From Eubacteriales bacterium (GTDB lineage Bacteria > Bacillota > Clostridia > Oscillospirales > UMGS1783), in assembly GCA_045595395.1 (NCBI GenBank), contig JAZOAH010000028.1, positions 90,339 to 154,338 on the forward strand: a stretch of DNA of 64,000 nt, read 5' to 3'. The notes under the pieces were generated by a model, which was not told where the DNA came from, made no database searches, and worked only from the letters and a program-made list of their open reading frames with translations. Both the position numbers and the translations under genes were made by a program. Below are positions 19,872 through 29,335 of the stretch, piece by piece (position 1 is the stretch's first letter; every line of letters starts with the position of its first letter).

Positions 19872-20813
19872 ATGATCGAAGTTTCTCATCTTACTAAGCG
19901 TTACGGCAAGCATTTAGCCGTCAACGATCTGTCCTTTACCGTGGATTCGGGGCAGATCCTGGGCCTGCTCGGCCCTAACGGCGCCGGCAAGTCGACCACC
20001 ATGAATATTCTGACCGGCTACCTGTCCTCGACCGAGGGCGAGGTTCGCATCGGCGGGGTGGATATTCTGTCCAACCCCATTGCGGCCAAGAAGAAGATCG
20101 GGTATCTGCCCGAGCTGCCGCCGCTGTATATGGAAATGACGGTACAGGAATACCTGTCCTTTGTCTGCGATCTCAAGGGGGTAAAAAAGTATGCGCAAAA
20201 CCAGATCAACGAGGTCTGTGAGCATGTGCGCATTACCCATGTCCAAAACCGCCTGATCAAAAACCTGTCCAAGGGTTACCGTCAGCGCGTCGGTCTGGCT
20301 CAGGCGCTCATCAACAATCCCGAACTGATCGTATTGGACGAGCCGACGGTCGGCCTCGACCCCAAAGAGATCATCGAGATCTGCAATCTCATCAAACGCA
20401 TCGGCAAGACCCACACCGTCATCTTTTCCTCGCATATCCTGTCCGAGGTGCAGAATGTGTGCGATCGTATCGTGGTCATCAATAAAGGCAATCTCATTGC
20501 CAATGACACCCCAGAAAATCTTTACAAGTCCCTCTCCCAGGCCAACAAACTGATGCTGCGTGCCATGGGGCCCGAGGAGGCTTTGTATCAGACCTTGTGC
20601 GCCATTCCCGGCATCCAAACGGTGACCAAACTCGGCCAAAAGGAGCCAGACTCCTTTGACTTTACGCTGGAGACCGACGGCCAGAGCGATGTGCGTGCCG
20701 CCATCTTCCGTGCCCTGGCCAAGCAGGATTGGCCGCTGCTGTCGCTGCGTGGCAGTGAGGTCTCGCTAGAAGATATCTTCCTGGAACTGACCCAAGAAAG
20801 TGAGGTGCAATAA
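19872..20813 (+). CDS. ABC transporter ATP-binding protein (GldA-like, ABC-2 type)
   Basis: Walker A GPNGAGKST, signature LSKGYRQR, Walker B LIVLDEP. The start at 19872 follows GGAGTGA. Confidence 0.9.
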   Translation: MIEVSHLTKRYGKHLAVNDLSFTVDSGQILGLLGPNGAGKSTTMNILTGYLSSTEGEVRIGGVDILSNPIAAKKKIGYLPELPPLYMEMTVQEYLSFVCDLKGVKKYAQNQINEVCEHVRITHVQNRLIKNLSKGYRQRVGLAQALINNPELIVLDEPTVGLDPKEIIEICNLIKRIGKTHTVIFSSHILSEVQNVCDRIVVINKGNLIANDTPENLYKSLSQANKLMLRAMGPEEALYQTLCAIPGIQTVTKLGQKEPDSFDFTLETDGQSDVRAAIFRALAKQDWPLLSLRGSEVSLEDIFLELTQESEVQ

Positions 20814-21521
20814 ATGCTTGCCATTTATAAACGTGAACTCAAGTCCTATTTCCTCACGGCGATGGGCTATGTGTTCCTAACCATCTTCATGATCATTCTG
20901 GGCATGCTCTTTTTCTTCAACAACATCGCCAAAAACTCGGCCGACCTGCAAAGCTATTATTCGGCCGTCGATCCGCTGTATCTGATCATCTTTACCGTCA
21001 TCCTGACCATGCGTCTGATGACCGATGATAAGCGCAACCGCACCGAGGTGCTGCTGTTGACGGCACCCGTCTCGGCTGCCGGGATCGTAATGGGCAAGTT
21101 TTTAGCCGCTTTTTCGGTCTATGCCATCGGCGTGATCTCCACCATCATCTATGCTATCTTTGCCCTTATCTATTCCGAGATCAGCCTGGTGGTCGTCATC
21201 GGCGGAATGATTGGGCTTTTGCTCTACGGCGCCTTGTTTATTTCCATCGGCACCTTTATCTCGTCACTGACCGACAGCCAGGTCGTGGCCGCTATTGCCA
21301 CCTTCTGTTCCCTCTTCTTCCTGTACCTGGCCGAAAGTTTTATCTCATATATTCCCAACACGACCGTGACCAATATCCTATACTGGCTCTCGCTCGACAG
21401 CAAATACACCCAGATCTCACAGGGGCTGCTCAGCATCGGACATTTGGTCTATTTCCTGAGCCTGACGGCGCTTTTCCTCTTCCTCACCATTCGTGTGATC
21501 GAGAAGAAAAGATGGGAATAA
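20814..21521 (+). CDS. ABC-2 type transporter permease (GldF-like)
   Basis: 235-aa six-TM protein that starts immediately after the ATPase gene stop (TAA at 20811-20813, ATG at 20814). Confidence 0.75.
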   Translation: MLAIYKRELKSYFLTAMGYVFLTIFMIILGMLFFFNNIAKNSADLQSYYSAVDPLYLIIFTVILTMRLMTDDKRNRTEVLLLTAPVSAAGIVMGKFLAAFSVYAIGVISTIIYAIFALIYSEISLVVVIGGMIGLLLYGALFISIGTFISSLTDSQVVAAIATFCSLFFLYLAESFISYIPNTTVTNILYWLSLDSKYTQISQGLLSIGHLVYFLSLTALFLFLTIRVIEKKRWE

Positions 21522-21534
21522 AGGAGGATCAATC

Positions 21535-22953
21535 ATGAAGAATTTTAACATTAAAACCTCCTCCAAGTACAAGCTGACCTCCTGGGTCTATATCGCGATC
21601 ATTGTTGTTATTTTGATCGTCATTAACATTGCCGCCAACCTGTTCAGCTATCAGATCGACTTTACCGCCAAGAAGACCTTCTCGCTGACCGGCGAATGCA
21701 AGGCTATGCTGGATACCGTAAAGCAGGATGTTGAGATCGTTGCTTGCAGTGACCGCATCAATTTCTCGGCCAATATCTATTTAGCCAACATCGCCGAAAC
21801 GGTGGAGAATATGGCCGATTATTCCGACCATATTGATGCCACCTTTATGAGTGTCGATAAAAACCCGGGACTTAAAGAGCAATATCCGACCTCCAACCTC
21901 AGCACATCCAACATCATCGTTCGCCTCAAGGATGACCCGGCCAAGCACAAGATCGTCAGCATAGAAAACATGTTTGAGACCGATGATACCGGCAAGACCA
22001 TTACCGAATCCAAGGTAGAATACACCCTGGCCAATGCCATTGATTTTGTGATTCGGACCGAGTTTCCAGTCATCTACTACACCACCAATCACATGGAAGA
22101 CCTGCCCGGTGATTTTCTTAGCCTGCTCAGCGGCAACAATTATACCGTCCGTCCCCTCAATCTGATTGCCGTCGATGTGCCCGAGGATGCTGACTATATC
22201 TTCCTGTTCAACCCCAAAACCGATTTTTCCGGCCTGGAGATCAATCGCATCGAATCCTTCTTAAGCAATAATGAGCAATACGGAAAGAATCTCTTTGCCT
22301 TCATGTCGCCCGAACAGACTGAGCTACCCAATCTGGAGAAGTTCTTTGGCGAATGGGGCATCGAGCTGGGTGACGGATATCTATACAATACCGTCTACTC
22401 GACCGACAGCGCCTATAACACCATGATGCTCTCCTATGGGGACATCAATGCCGCAGGCACCCTGTACAACTCGCAGGGTATTCTGGCCGAGCAGATCCGT
22501 CCGGTCAAAACCCTCTTTTTCTCCCGTGACTATTCCAGCACGACCTCTCTGCTGGATGCCATGCCCTACACTCAGCACGCATCCAACGTACTGGCCGATA
22601 AAGCGCCCGACACCGACCCGTCCTACAACGGCTCGGTCATGGCCATGGGTACCCGCTATGTCAAGAACACCAATGTGCAATCTAATGTCGTAGTCAGCGG
22701 TTCCTATCAAATGATCGAGAACCTCTATATGGATTCGGCTCTGGGCAATGCCGCCTACATGGCTCAGGTCATCAATTATCTGGATGCCGACAGTTCCAAA
22801 CTCTTCATTTTCCCCAAAAACATGGAAACACCGCTGCTCGACTTCCCCGACAATAGCGCCAGGACCACTGCTCTGATCGTTTTTGTCATCGTCATTCCCC
22901 TAACCTTGGCCGTCGTGGGCGTCTATGTGTTTATACGCCGGAGGAATAAATGA
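21535..22953 (+). CDS. GldG-like ABC-system auxiliary protein
   Basis: N- and C-terminal TM anchors flank a large external domain. It holds the position after the ABC-2 ATPase and permease, as in GldA/F/G modules. Confidence 0.6.
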   Translation: MKNFNIKTSSKYKLTSWVYIAIIVVILIVINIAANLFSYQIDFTAKKTFSLTGECKAMLDTVKQDVEIVACSDRINFSANIYLANIAETVENMADYSDHIDATFMSVDKNPGLKEQYPTSNLSTSNIIVRLKDDPAKHKIVSIENMFETDDTGKTITESKVEYTLANAIDFVIRTEFPVIYYTTNHMEDLPGDFLSLLSGNNYTVRPLNLIAVDVPEDADYIFLFNPKTDFSGLEINRIESFLSNNEQYGKNLFAFMSPEQTELPNLEKFFGEWGIELGDGYLYNTVYSTDSAYNTMMLSYGDINAAGTLYNSQGILAEQIRPVKTLFFSRDYSSTTSLLDAMPYTQHASNVLADKAPDTDPSYNGSVMAMGTRYVKNTNVQSNVVVSGSYQMIENLYMDSALGNAAYMAQVINYLDADSSKLFIFPKNMETPLLDFPDNSARTTALIVFVIVIPLTLAVVGVYVFIRRRNK

Positions 22954-24329
22954 TGCAGACCAAACGAATTCTGATTGCCGGCATCGTACTGATCCTTTTG
23001 GTGGTGGCCACCATCGTCACCGTCGGCCTGCTGCCGCGCGATGAAAACAACAATATCGTTTCCCCTGCCTGGGTGGTGGCTGTGGAAGAGGAACGGGTTG
23101 CCGCCTTCGAGGTGACCAATACCAGCGGCTCCTATCAAGCCACCTTTGACAACGGCGTCACCATCCGGGGTCTGGAAGACTATCCGCTAAGCGAAAACAC
23201 CGTCAATCATATGCGTGCCGCCGTCGGCTCGGTCTACGCCTATGACACCATTGACCGCTCGGGCAAAGACCTGGACAAATACGGCTTCTCATCCCCCACA
23301 GCAACAGCCACATTGACCGACACAAGCGGAAAGCAGATCCGCTTTACAGTCGGCGGCCTTATGCCAAACGGTACGGCCTATTATGTCCTGAACGAAAACA
23401 ACACCGTCTATGCCGTTTCCAGTAATTATCTGGAATTTGTCGTGGCCGACCTGCAAAGTTTCATCAGCAAACAGATCACATCCATTCCCACTGATACCGC
23501 CTACCTGGTCGACTATCTGACCATCACCAAAAAAGGTCAGCCCTACCTCTCGATCATAGCTATGGATGAGAGCGAATCGGTTCACTACAATAGCAACAAA
23601 GTATTCAAAATGCTCTATCCCTATCAGGGCCTGGGCCGCGATGTCAATATTGTCGGCTATTTGAATACGGTGTGCAATCTGACGGCTACAACCATCAAGA
23701 GTCTACACACCGATACCGAATCCCTGGAACAGCACGGCCTGCTGGATCCGGCCATTGTTGTAGAATATTCCTATCGGGGAGATGTAAAGCAACTATACTT
23801 TAGTGAGCCGGTCAACGGATTTTGCAATCTCTACACCGAAGGAAGCCCTATCATCTATTCGGTATTGGCACAAAAGATCAATCTGATCCAATTTGACGCC
23901 ATGGATTTTGTTACTCCCTATCAGTTTGAGCGAGATATCAACGAAGTAGAGCGCATCATACTGCGCACTACTACGGAAGATTATACCTATAATATCAAGG
24001 TCACCAACGGCAAAACATCTGCCTCTCTCGACACAACACCGCTCAACGGTATCGCCTTTGAAAACTTTTATGATCTGCTGACCACCTCGGAGATCACCGG
24101 CGTTGCCCAAAAGCCGGCAGGTGCACCGACCCTGACCATGGTATTTCGGTATTATGCCTCAACCGGAAAGAGCAATGACACCGTTTGTTTCTATCGCATT
24201 GACGACCGCACCTATTTCCTGGAGATCAATGGACAGGGCAATTTCTATGTGTCCTCTGTGTATGTGGACAAGGTTTTGGAATGCATACAAAAACTCAACG
24301 CCGGTCAAGATTTTTCCATTAAATACTAA
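22950..24329 (+). CDS. DUF4340-like membrane-anchored protein
   Basis: N-terminal TM anchor. ATGA overlap with the GldG-like gene. This is the usual fourth gene of such modules, from my recollection of family neighbourhoods. Confidence 0.5.
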   Translation: MMQTKRILIAGIVLILLVVATIVTVGLLPRDENNNIVSPAWVVAVEEERVAAFEVTNTSGSYQATFDNGVTIRGLEDYPLSENTVNHMRAAVGSVYAYDTIDRSGKDLDKYGFSSPTATATLTDTSGKQIRFTVGGLMPNGTAYYVLNENNTVYAVSSNYLEFVVADLQSFISKQITSIPTDTAYLVDYLTITKKGQPYLSIIAMDESESVHYNSNKVFKMLYPYQGLGRDVNIVGYLNTVCNLTATTIKSLHTDTESLEQHGLLDPAIVVEYSYRGDVKQLYFSEPVNGFCNLYTEGSPIIYSVLAQKINLIQFDAMDFVTPYQFERDINEVERIILRTTTEDYTYNIKVTNGKTSASLDTTPLNGIAFENFYDLLTTSEITGVAQKPAGAPTLTMVFRYYASTGKSNDTVCFYRIDDRTYFLEINGQGNFYVSSVYVDKVLECIQKLNAGQDFSIKY

Positions 24330-24358
24330 AGAACTGCTCCCGAAAGGGAGCAGTTCTT
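24329..24358. terminator. bidirectional terminator hairpin
   Basis: AAGAACTGCTCCC-GAAA-GGGAGCAGTTCTT (13-bp perfect stem) fills exactly the gap between two convergent stop codons. Confidence 0.8.
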
Positions 24359-25064
24359 ATTTGGCAATATAAATATGTCTGGTTCCGTGATCCATACCTT
24401 GCGTTAAGATCACACGAAATCCGGCCTGTTGCAGCAGCCGCCGCAGCCGATCATCCCGATACAACCTCTCTTCGATCACATCGGTCTTTCGGGTATAGTT
24501 TTCGCCCTGTCGGGTAAATACATCAACCGTGAATCGACAAAGTTCCTTCTCTTCATCATAATCATTTTCCCAGGCGGCAAATGCGCCCAAACTGCGAAAA
24601 ACATAGGCGTTACGCCCGTAAACCTCGCGGAATTTCTTTTCGGTATTGACATCAAACACCAACACCCCACCCCGCCGAAGCAGCCGCTTGGCGGCACAAA
24701 AGTTCGACAGCAACTCCTGCTCGTCGGTAATATGATTGATCACATCCAGGCTGGCCGTAACGGCATCGAAACAGGCCTGTCCCTCCACCTGCGGCAAGGT
24801 ACAGCACCGCCAGTCAATATCCAGCCCTTCGCCCTTCTCTTTGGCGCAGGCCAGCATAGCCGCATCGGGATCGACACCACAGACCTTGGCTCCGCCCATA
24901 GCCAACGCAAGGCTGAGCCGCCCGGTGCCGCAGCCCATATCCAAAATATCTCCGCAGATAACCCCGGCATCCGATAAGATCCGACGATAACGGCGCAGGA
25001 TCTTTTGCTCATAATCCGGCTCAAAAAAGCCGTCATACACCGGCGCTAAGGCTGCATAACTCAT
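24357..25064 (-). CDS. class I SAM-dependent methyltransferase
   Basis: ILDMGCGTGRLS (motif I) and a downstream VFDV-type motif. 235 aa. Confidence 0.8.
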   Translation of the reverse strand: MSYAALAPVYDGFFEPDYEQKILRRYRRILSDAGVICGDILDMGCGTGRLSLALAMGGAKVCGVDPDAAMLACAKEKGEGLDIDWRCCTLPQVEGQACFDAVTASLDVINHITDEQELLSNFCAAKRLLRRGGVLVFDVNTEKKFREVYGRNAYVFRSLGAFAAWENDYDEEKELCRFTVDVFTRQGENYTRKTDVIEERLYRDDRLRRLLQQAGFRVILTQGMDHGTRHIYIAK

Positions 25065-25357
25065 GATTTCTGCCCTAAACGCTCCAGCACCATCGTATAA
25101 CCGTCACTGCCATACTGCAGGCAGCGATTGACACGGGTGATGGTGGCTGTGCTTGAATCGGTACGGCTCACGATCTCGGTATACGGGGTACCGGCCTGCA
25201 ACAGCTTGGCGATCTCCAGCCGCTGAGACAGCGACTTGATCTCATTAACGGTGCACAAATCGTCAAAAAAAGCCTCGAACTCCTCTACACTTTTTAAGGA
25301 TGCCAAGGCCATAAATAACTGCTCGGTTTCTTTGGTTCTTAATTTTTCATTCATCAT
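25061..25357 (-). CDS. YerC/YecD family TrpR-related DNA-binding protein
   Basis: 98 aa. ...CTVNEIKSLSQRLEIAKLL..G.PYTEI...T..STATITRVNRCL.YG is the YerC/YecD signature. Confidence 0.8.
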   Translation of the reverse strand: MMNEKLRTKETEQLFMALASLKSVEEFEAFFDDLCTVNEIKSLSQRLEIAKLLQAGTPYTEIVSRTDSSTATITRVNRCLQYGSDGYTMVLERLGQKS

Positions 25358-25472
25358 ATCACCCTATATCATGGTATCACGGTAATATAGAAAAGTCAAT
25401 TCTTTTCAAAAAAATCCCTTTTCCCTTGCCTATCCGACAAAAATGACTATAATAGAAGCAAGAGGTGTTAGT

Positions 25473-26102
25473 ATGAACCGATGCATCATCATCTGCGGCT
25501 ATATCAACGGAACCATCCGTCAGGCCGTATCGTTACAACCGAAGGATTTTATCATCTGTGCCGATGCCGGGCTGGATCTGGCTGTGCGTGAGGACATTCG
25601 CCCCCATCTCTATATCGGTGACGGCGATTCCCGCCGCACCGCCTTTGACGGCCCCTGCATCCATCTGCCGATCCGCAAGGATGATACCGATCTGATGGCC
25701 GCCATCCGATACGCCATCGAACATGATTTTAACGATCTGTGGATCATCGGCGGCTTGGGCGGACGGTTTGACCATTCGATAGCCTCACTCCAGTCCCTCG
25801 CCTACGCCCTCGCCCACGGCGTTAAAGCTCGCCTGGTCGATGCCGACACCGCCATTTTCCTCTGCCGTGACCGCATCACCCTCCCCCGTCGGCCCGGTTT
25901 TACCCTGTCGGTCTTCGCCTACGGCGGCACCTGCACCGGCGTCCGAATTTCCGGCGCCTCCTATTCGCTCGAAAATGCCACGCTAACGCCCGACTTTCCC
26001 TTGGGGGTAAGCAATGAGATCATCGAAGAAGAAGCCGTTATCAAGGTCAAAACGGGGGTTTTACTTGTCATTTGCTCCAAAGACGCACAAAAGCATACCT
26101 AA
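25473..26102 (+). CDS. thiN: thiamine diphosphokinase
   Basis: GDGDS, KDDTDL and GGLGGRFDH motifs. The start at 25473 follows AGAGGTG. Confidence 0.85.
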   Translation: MNRCIIICGYINGTIRQAVSLQPKDFIICADAGLDLAVREDIRPHLYIGDGDSRRTAFDGPCIHLPIRKDDTDLMAAIRYAIEHDFNDLWIIGGLGGRFDHSIASLQSLAYALAHGVKARLVDADTAIFLCRDRITLPRRPGFTLSVFAYGGTCTGVRISGASYSLENATLTPDFPLGVSNEIIEEEAVIKVKTGVLLVICSKDAQKHT

Positions 26103-26103
26103 G

Positions 26104-26784
26104 TTAGGTATGCTTTTTCTTTTTGCCGCTGGTGCAGCCCGCCAAACCGACCACACACCGAGCGCCTGCCTGGCGGAGCATTTTGGCGCACTCTCGCATG
26201 GTAGCACCTGTGGTATAGACATCATCGATGAGCACGACCGTTTTATTCCTGACGGCATCCGGCTCGAGAACACGGTAGCAGCCTTTGACATTGGCTGCAC
26301 GTGCCTTGGCGCTGATCTGCAAGGACTGCTTGGGCGTGTCCTTATGCTTTTCCAGCGTTTCCAGATAGGTCATGCCTTTGAACAAGGCATATTGCCGTGC
26401 TATCATTTCACTTTGGTTGAAGCCACGTCGGCGCAAACGCCGTCGACTCAGCGGTATCGCCGTGACAAAGTCAGCCTGCGCCAGACCTGACACCTGTTCC
26501 ATATCGGCCATGGCTCGGGCAAATTGCTCCGCCGCACTGCGGTGGTTATAAAATTTCAAGGCTTTGGCCGCACGCCGAGCCGAACCGGTATAATAGTAGG
26601 GGGCACGCAGGCAAAACAGATCGGGGCGTTTGGTGTTGGGCGTGAGGGTATAGACATGACAAAGCGGTAGGCCTTTCTGACATTCGGCACAGTACTGCCC
26701 GTCCTTACCCGATAATTCACCGCAAAAGGGACAACGAGGCGGAAAACTCAGATCACGAATCCACGCAATAATCCGTCGCATCAT
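26104..26784 (-). CDS. comFC: ComF family protein (ComFC-like phosphoribosyltransferase)
   Basis: N-terminal CPFCG...CAEC zinc finger and a C-terminal VVLIDDVYTTGAT PRTase motif. The start at 26784 overlaps the recD2 stop (ATGA). I reject the ORF-track extension to 26976. Confidence 0.85.
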   Translation of the reverse strand: MMRRIIAWIRDLSFPPRCPFCGELSGKDGQYCAECQKGLPLCHVYTLTPNTKRPDLFCLRAPYYYTGSARRAAKALKFYNHRSAAEQFARAMADMEQVSGLAQADFVTAIPLSRRRLRRRGFNQSEMIARQYALFKGMTYLETLEKHKDTPKQSLQISAKARAANVKGCYRVLEPDAVRNKTVVLIDDVYTTGATMRECAKMLRQAGARCVVGLAGCTSGKKKKHT

Positions 26785-28988
26785 GAAATGAAATCCTCCA
26801 ATAAATACCGCAGTCCCGAAAACCGTTTGGTTTTGGTCTTGTTTTCGATCATCTGATCGATCTTGCCGGGATCGGCGACAATGACCAGTCGCTCTTTGGC
26901 ACGGGTCATGGCCGTATACAGCAGGTTGCGATACAGGAGATTGCGTGGGGCGTCGACCACCGACAAGATCACACACTTAAACTCACTGCCCTGGCTCTTA
27001 TGCACCGTCATGGCATAGGCAAAATCCAGCTGATCCAGGCAGGAGAAGGGGTAGTTTGCCGTCTTATCATCAAATCGGATCTCCATACATTCGGCATATG
27101 GATCAATGGAACAAATGATCCCGATATCCCCATTAAAGATACCGACACCCAACTCTCCGCTCGGCATTTTATATGTGATATCGTAGTTGTTGCGGATCTG
27201 CATCACCTTGTCCCCCACACGAAATCCATGCTTGCCCCACGGCTTTTCCTGCTTGTCCGGCGATGGCGGATTGACGGCGGCACGCAGATGCTCGTTGAGA
27301 TTGACCGTGCCGCAAATGCCGAGTTTTGACAGAGAGATGACCTGGATATCCGACAGCGGATCATAGCCATAGGTGTTGACCAGGCGGCGTACAGCCAGAT
27401 CCACGATCAGCTGTGAGGAGGCCACCGCACCCGGAGCCTTAAGCAAAAAGGCATCCCGGTTAGCCCCCGTCAACTGCAACGACTCGCCTCGCAGGATTCC
27501 GTGGGCATTGGAAATGATCAGCGAGTCGGCTGCCTGCCGAAAGACATGCGACAATGACACCGTTTCCACCCGACCCGAGGCAATAATATCTCCCAGCATA
27601 TTTCCCGGGCCTACCGGCGGCAACTGATCGGCATCCCCCACCAAGATCAAGCGACAGCCATCGGGCAACGCCCGCAGCAACGCCTGCATCAGATCAATAT
27701 CGATCATGGATGCCTCATCGCAGATGACGGCATCGTATTTCAAGGTTTCATTTTCATTTTTGGCAAAATGCGGGAGCGAATCACCGCTGTATTGCATCTC
27801 CAGCATCCGATGAATGGTTTTGGCCTCATCGCCCGTCAATTCCGAAATGCGCTTGGCGGCACGCCCGGTCGGTGCGGCCAGCGCATAATTAACACCCAGC
27901 ATCTGATACAGGGCAATGATGCCGGACAGCGCCGTCGTTTTACCGGTACCGGGCCCGCCGGTCAGCACTATGACCCCGCAGCGGGCGGCCGCATCAATGG
28001 CATCCATCTGCTGATCATTCAGCTGCAGTTTAAGTTTCTTTTCCACCTGCGCCAAATGCTCCGGCCGATAATCGGTAAAGTGCCGCACATGGCTCTGCAG
28101 TCGGGCGATGCGCCAGGCACAGTACTGCTCGGCCTTATAATACCGCTCCAAATAGACGGCATTTTTATTGCCGATCTGCCGATTATAGAGCACCTCATCC
28201 TCGATCATCTGATCAAGACGAGCCTCTACAGCCGATTCGGATATCTCGATCAACTGCGCCGTCATCGCAACCAGTGCGTCACGGGGAATAAAGGTGTGCC
28301 CTGCGCCGTAAGCATTGCGGCCCAGCACATATTTGATGGCCGAAGAAATGCGCAGCGGACTGCTTTTATCAAATTCCATGCGGGTGGCGATCTCGTCGGC
28401 ATCGGCAAAACTGACACCGTCGATCAACTCGCACAACACATAGGGATTGCACCGAATGACATCCTCCGCAGCACAGCCCCAGCATTTCCACACGGCAAAA
28501 GCCACCGAAATGCTCACACCGTACCGTTGCAAAAAGAGCATAACACGGCGGATCCCGAACTGTTCCCGAAAAGCCTGGGAGATATTTTTGGCCTTAGCCT
28601 CGGTAATACCACGCACCCGTGCCAGCTGCTCCGGCGCATGCTCGATCACATCCAGAGTGCGTTCGCCAAATAACTCGATGAATTTATCGGCCGTCTTCTC
28701 TCCGACCCCCTTGATCGCACCGCCGGCCAGATAGGCACGAATGGCGTCAACGGTGGTCGGCAGTTCCTTTTCATAGCTTTCCACCTGGAACTGCCTTCCG
28801 TAATTGGGATGCTCCACCCATCGACCGGCTGCCCGAATCCGCTCTCCGACCGTTATGTAGGGCAGCGTACCGACCACCGTGACCTCGTCATCCTCGGTCT
28901 TGACCTCGATGATGGCATAACCATTTTCTTGATTTTTGAAGATTACAGCGGTCACCGACCCCTGCAAAAATTCCTGCTGCTGCGCCAT
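26781..28988 (-). CDS. recD2: SF1B RecD2-type ATP-dependent DNA helicase
   Basis: VLTGGPGTGKTT Walker A, VICDEASMID Walker B, LVGDADQLPPVGPG, and C-terminal AMTVHKSQGSEF / LYTAMTRAK motifs. Confidence 0.9.
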   Translation of the reverse strand: MAQQQEFLQGSVTAVIFKNQENGYAIIEVKTEDDEVTVVGTLPYITVGERIRAAGRWVEHPNYGRQFQVESYEKELPTTVDAIRAYLAGGAIKGVGEKTADKFIELFGERTLDVIEHAPEQLARVRGITEAKAKNISQAFREQFGIRRVMLFLQRYGVSISVAFAVWKCWGCAAEDVIRCNPYVLCELIDGVSFADADEIATRMEFDKSSPLRISSAIKYVLGRNAYGAGHTFIPRDALVAMTAQLIEISESAVEARLDQMIEDEVLYNRQIGNKNAVYLERYYKAEQYCAWRIARLQSHVRHFTDYRPEHLAQVEKKLKLQLNDQQMDAIDAAARCGVIVLTGGPGTGKTTALSGIIALYQMLGVNYALAAPTGRAAKRISELTGDEAKTIHRMLEMQYSGDSLPHFAKNENETLKYDAVICDEASMIDIDLMQALLRALPDGCRLILVGDADQLPPVGPGNMLGDIIASGRVETVSLSHVFRQAADSLIISNAHGILRGESLQLTGANRDAFLLKAPGAVASSQLIVDLAVRRLVNTYGYDPLSDIQVISLSKLGICGTVNLNEHLRAAVNPPSPDKQEKPWGKHGFRVGDKVMQIRNNYDITYKMPSGELGVGIFNGDIGIICSIDPYAECMEIRFDDKTANYPFSCLDQLDFAYAMTVHKSQGSEFKCVILSVVDAPRNLLYRNLLYTAMTRAKERLVIVADPGKIDQMIENKTKTKRFSGLRYLLEDFIS

Positions 28989-28989
28989 C

Positions 28990-29292
28990 CTATTGTTCCT
29001 TTTCGATCTGTAGATCGGGCACACTCAGCAAAAGCGTGTCGATCTGTTCCTGTGTAAGTCCGTTATCAATGATAACGATCTGCGTATCCGTCTTGCCGCA
29101 TCGGCATCGCTCAGCCAGTTGTCGTACGGCAAAGGGCAGCATAGCATGATTGCCCCTGACCCGCAACTCCAACCGAGCCCCTTCGATCCCTTGATCGGAT
29201 CCGAAAATGAGCCATTCACTGATTCCGATAATGACCCAAGCGATGCCTAACGCCGCAAACAACGAAAGAAAGATGATCCATATCTGATCCAT
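28990..29292 (-). CDS. small single-TM hypothetical protein
   Basis: About 100 aa with an N-terminal TM helix (IWIIFLSLFAALGIAWVIIGI) and a soluble tail. Its stop is 1 nt from the recD2 ATG. I recognise no family. Confidence 0.45.
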   Translation of the reverse strand: MDQIWIIFLSLFAALGIAWVIIGISEWLIFGSDQGIEGARLELRVRGNHAMLPFAVRQLAERCRCGKTDTQIVIIDNGLTQEQIDTLLLSVPDLQIEKEQ

Positions 29293-29295
29293 AAA

Positions 29296-29332
29296 TTTCA
29301 CCCCTTTTATCCTATGCGGAAAAGGGGTGAAA
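29296..29332 (-). terminator. terminator after metK
   Basis: TTTCACCCCTTTT ... AAAAGGGGTGAAA: a 13-bp perfect stem 3 nt after the metK stop. Confidence 0.7.
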
Positions 29333-29335
29333 TGT

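Noticed and set aside
19809-24329. The GldA/F/G-like ABC module with DUF4340 as a candidate novel system.
   Set aside because: This four-gene arrangement is, as far as I recall, widespread and already catalogued in non-gliding bacteria, although poorly characterised. Nothing in this copy looks atypical.
26785-26976. N-terminal extensions offered by the ORF track. Examples: comFC to 26976, murF to 63056, metK to 30541, ribU to 31352, the ABC exporter to 50730, ftsQ-like to 27-aa-rich 57027, ftsZ to 55812, and the VTC gene to 15336.
   Set aside because: The extensions overlap the preceding gene or a riboswitch/leader, lack an RBS, and add non-conserved residues. In each case an internal ATG or GTG with a good Shine-Dalgarno sequence reproduces the conserved family N-terminus.
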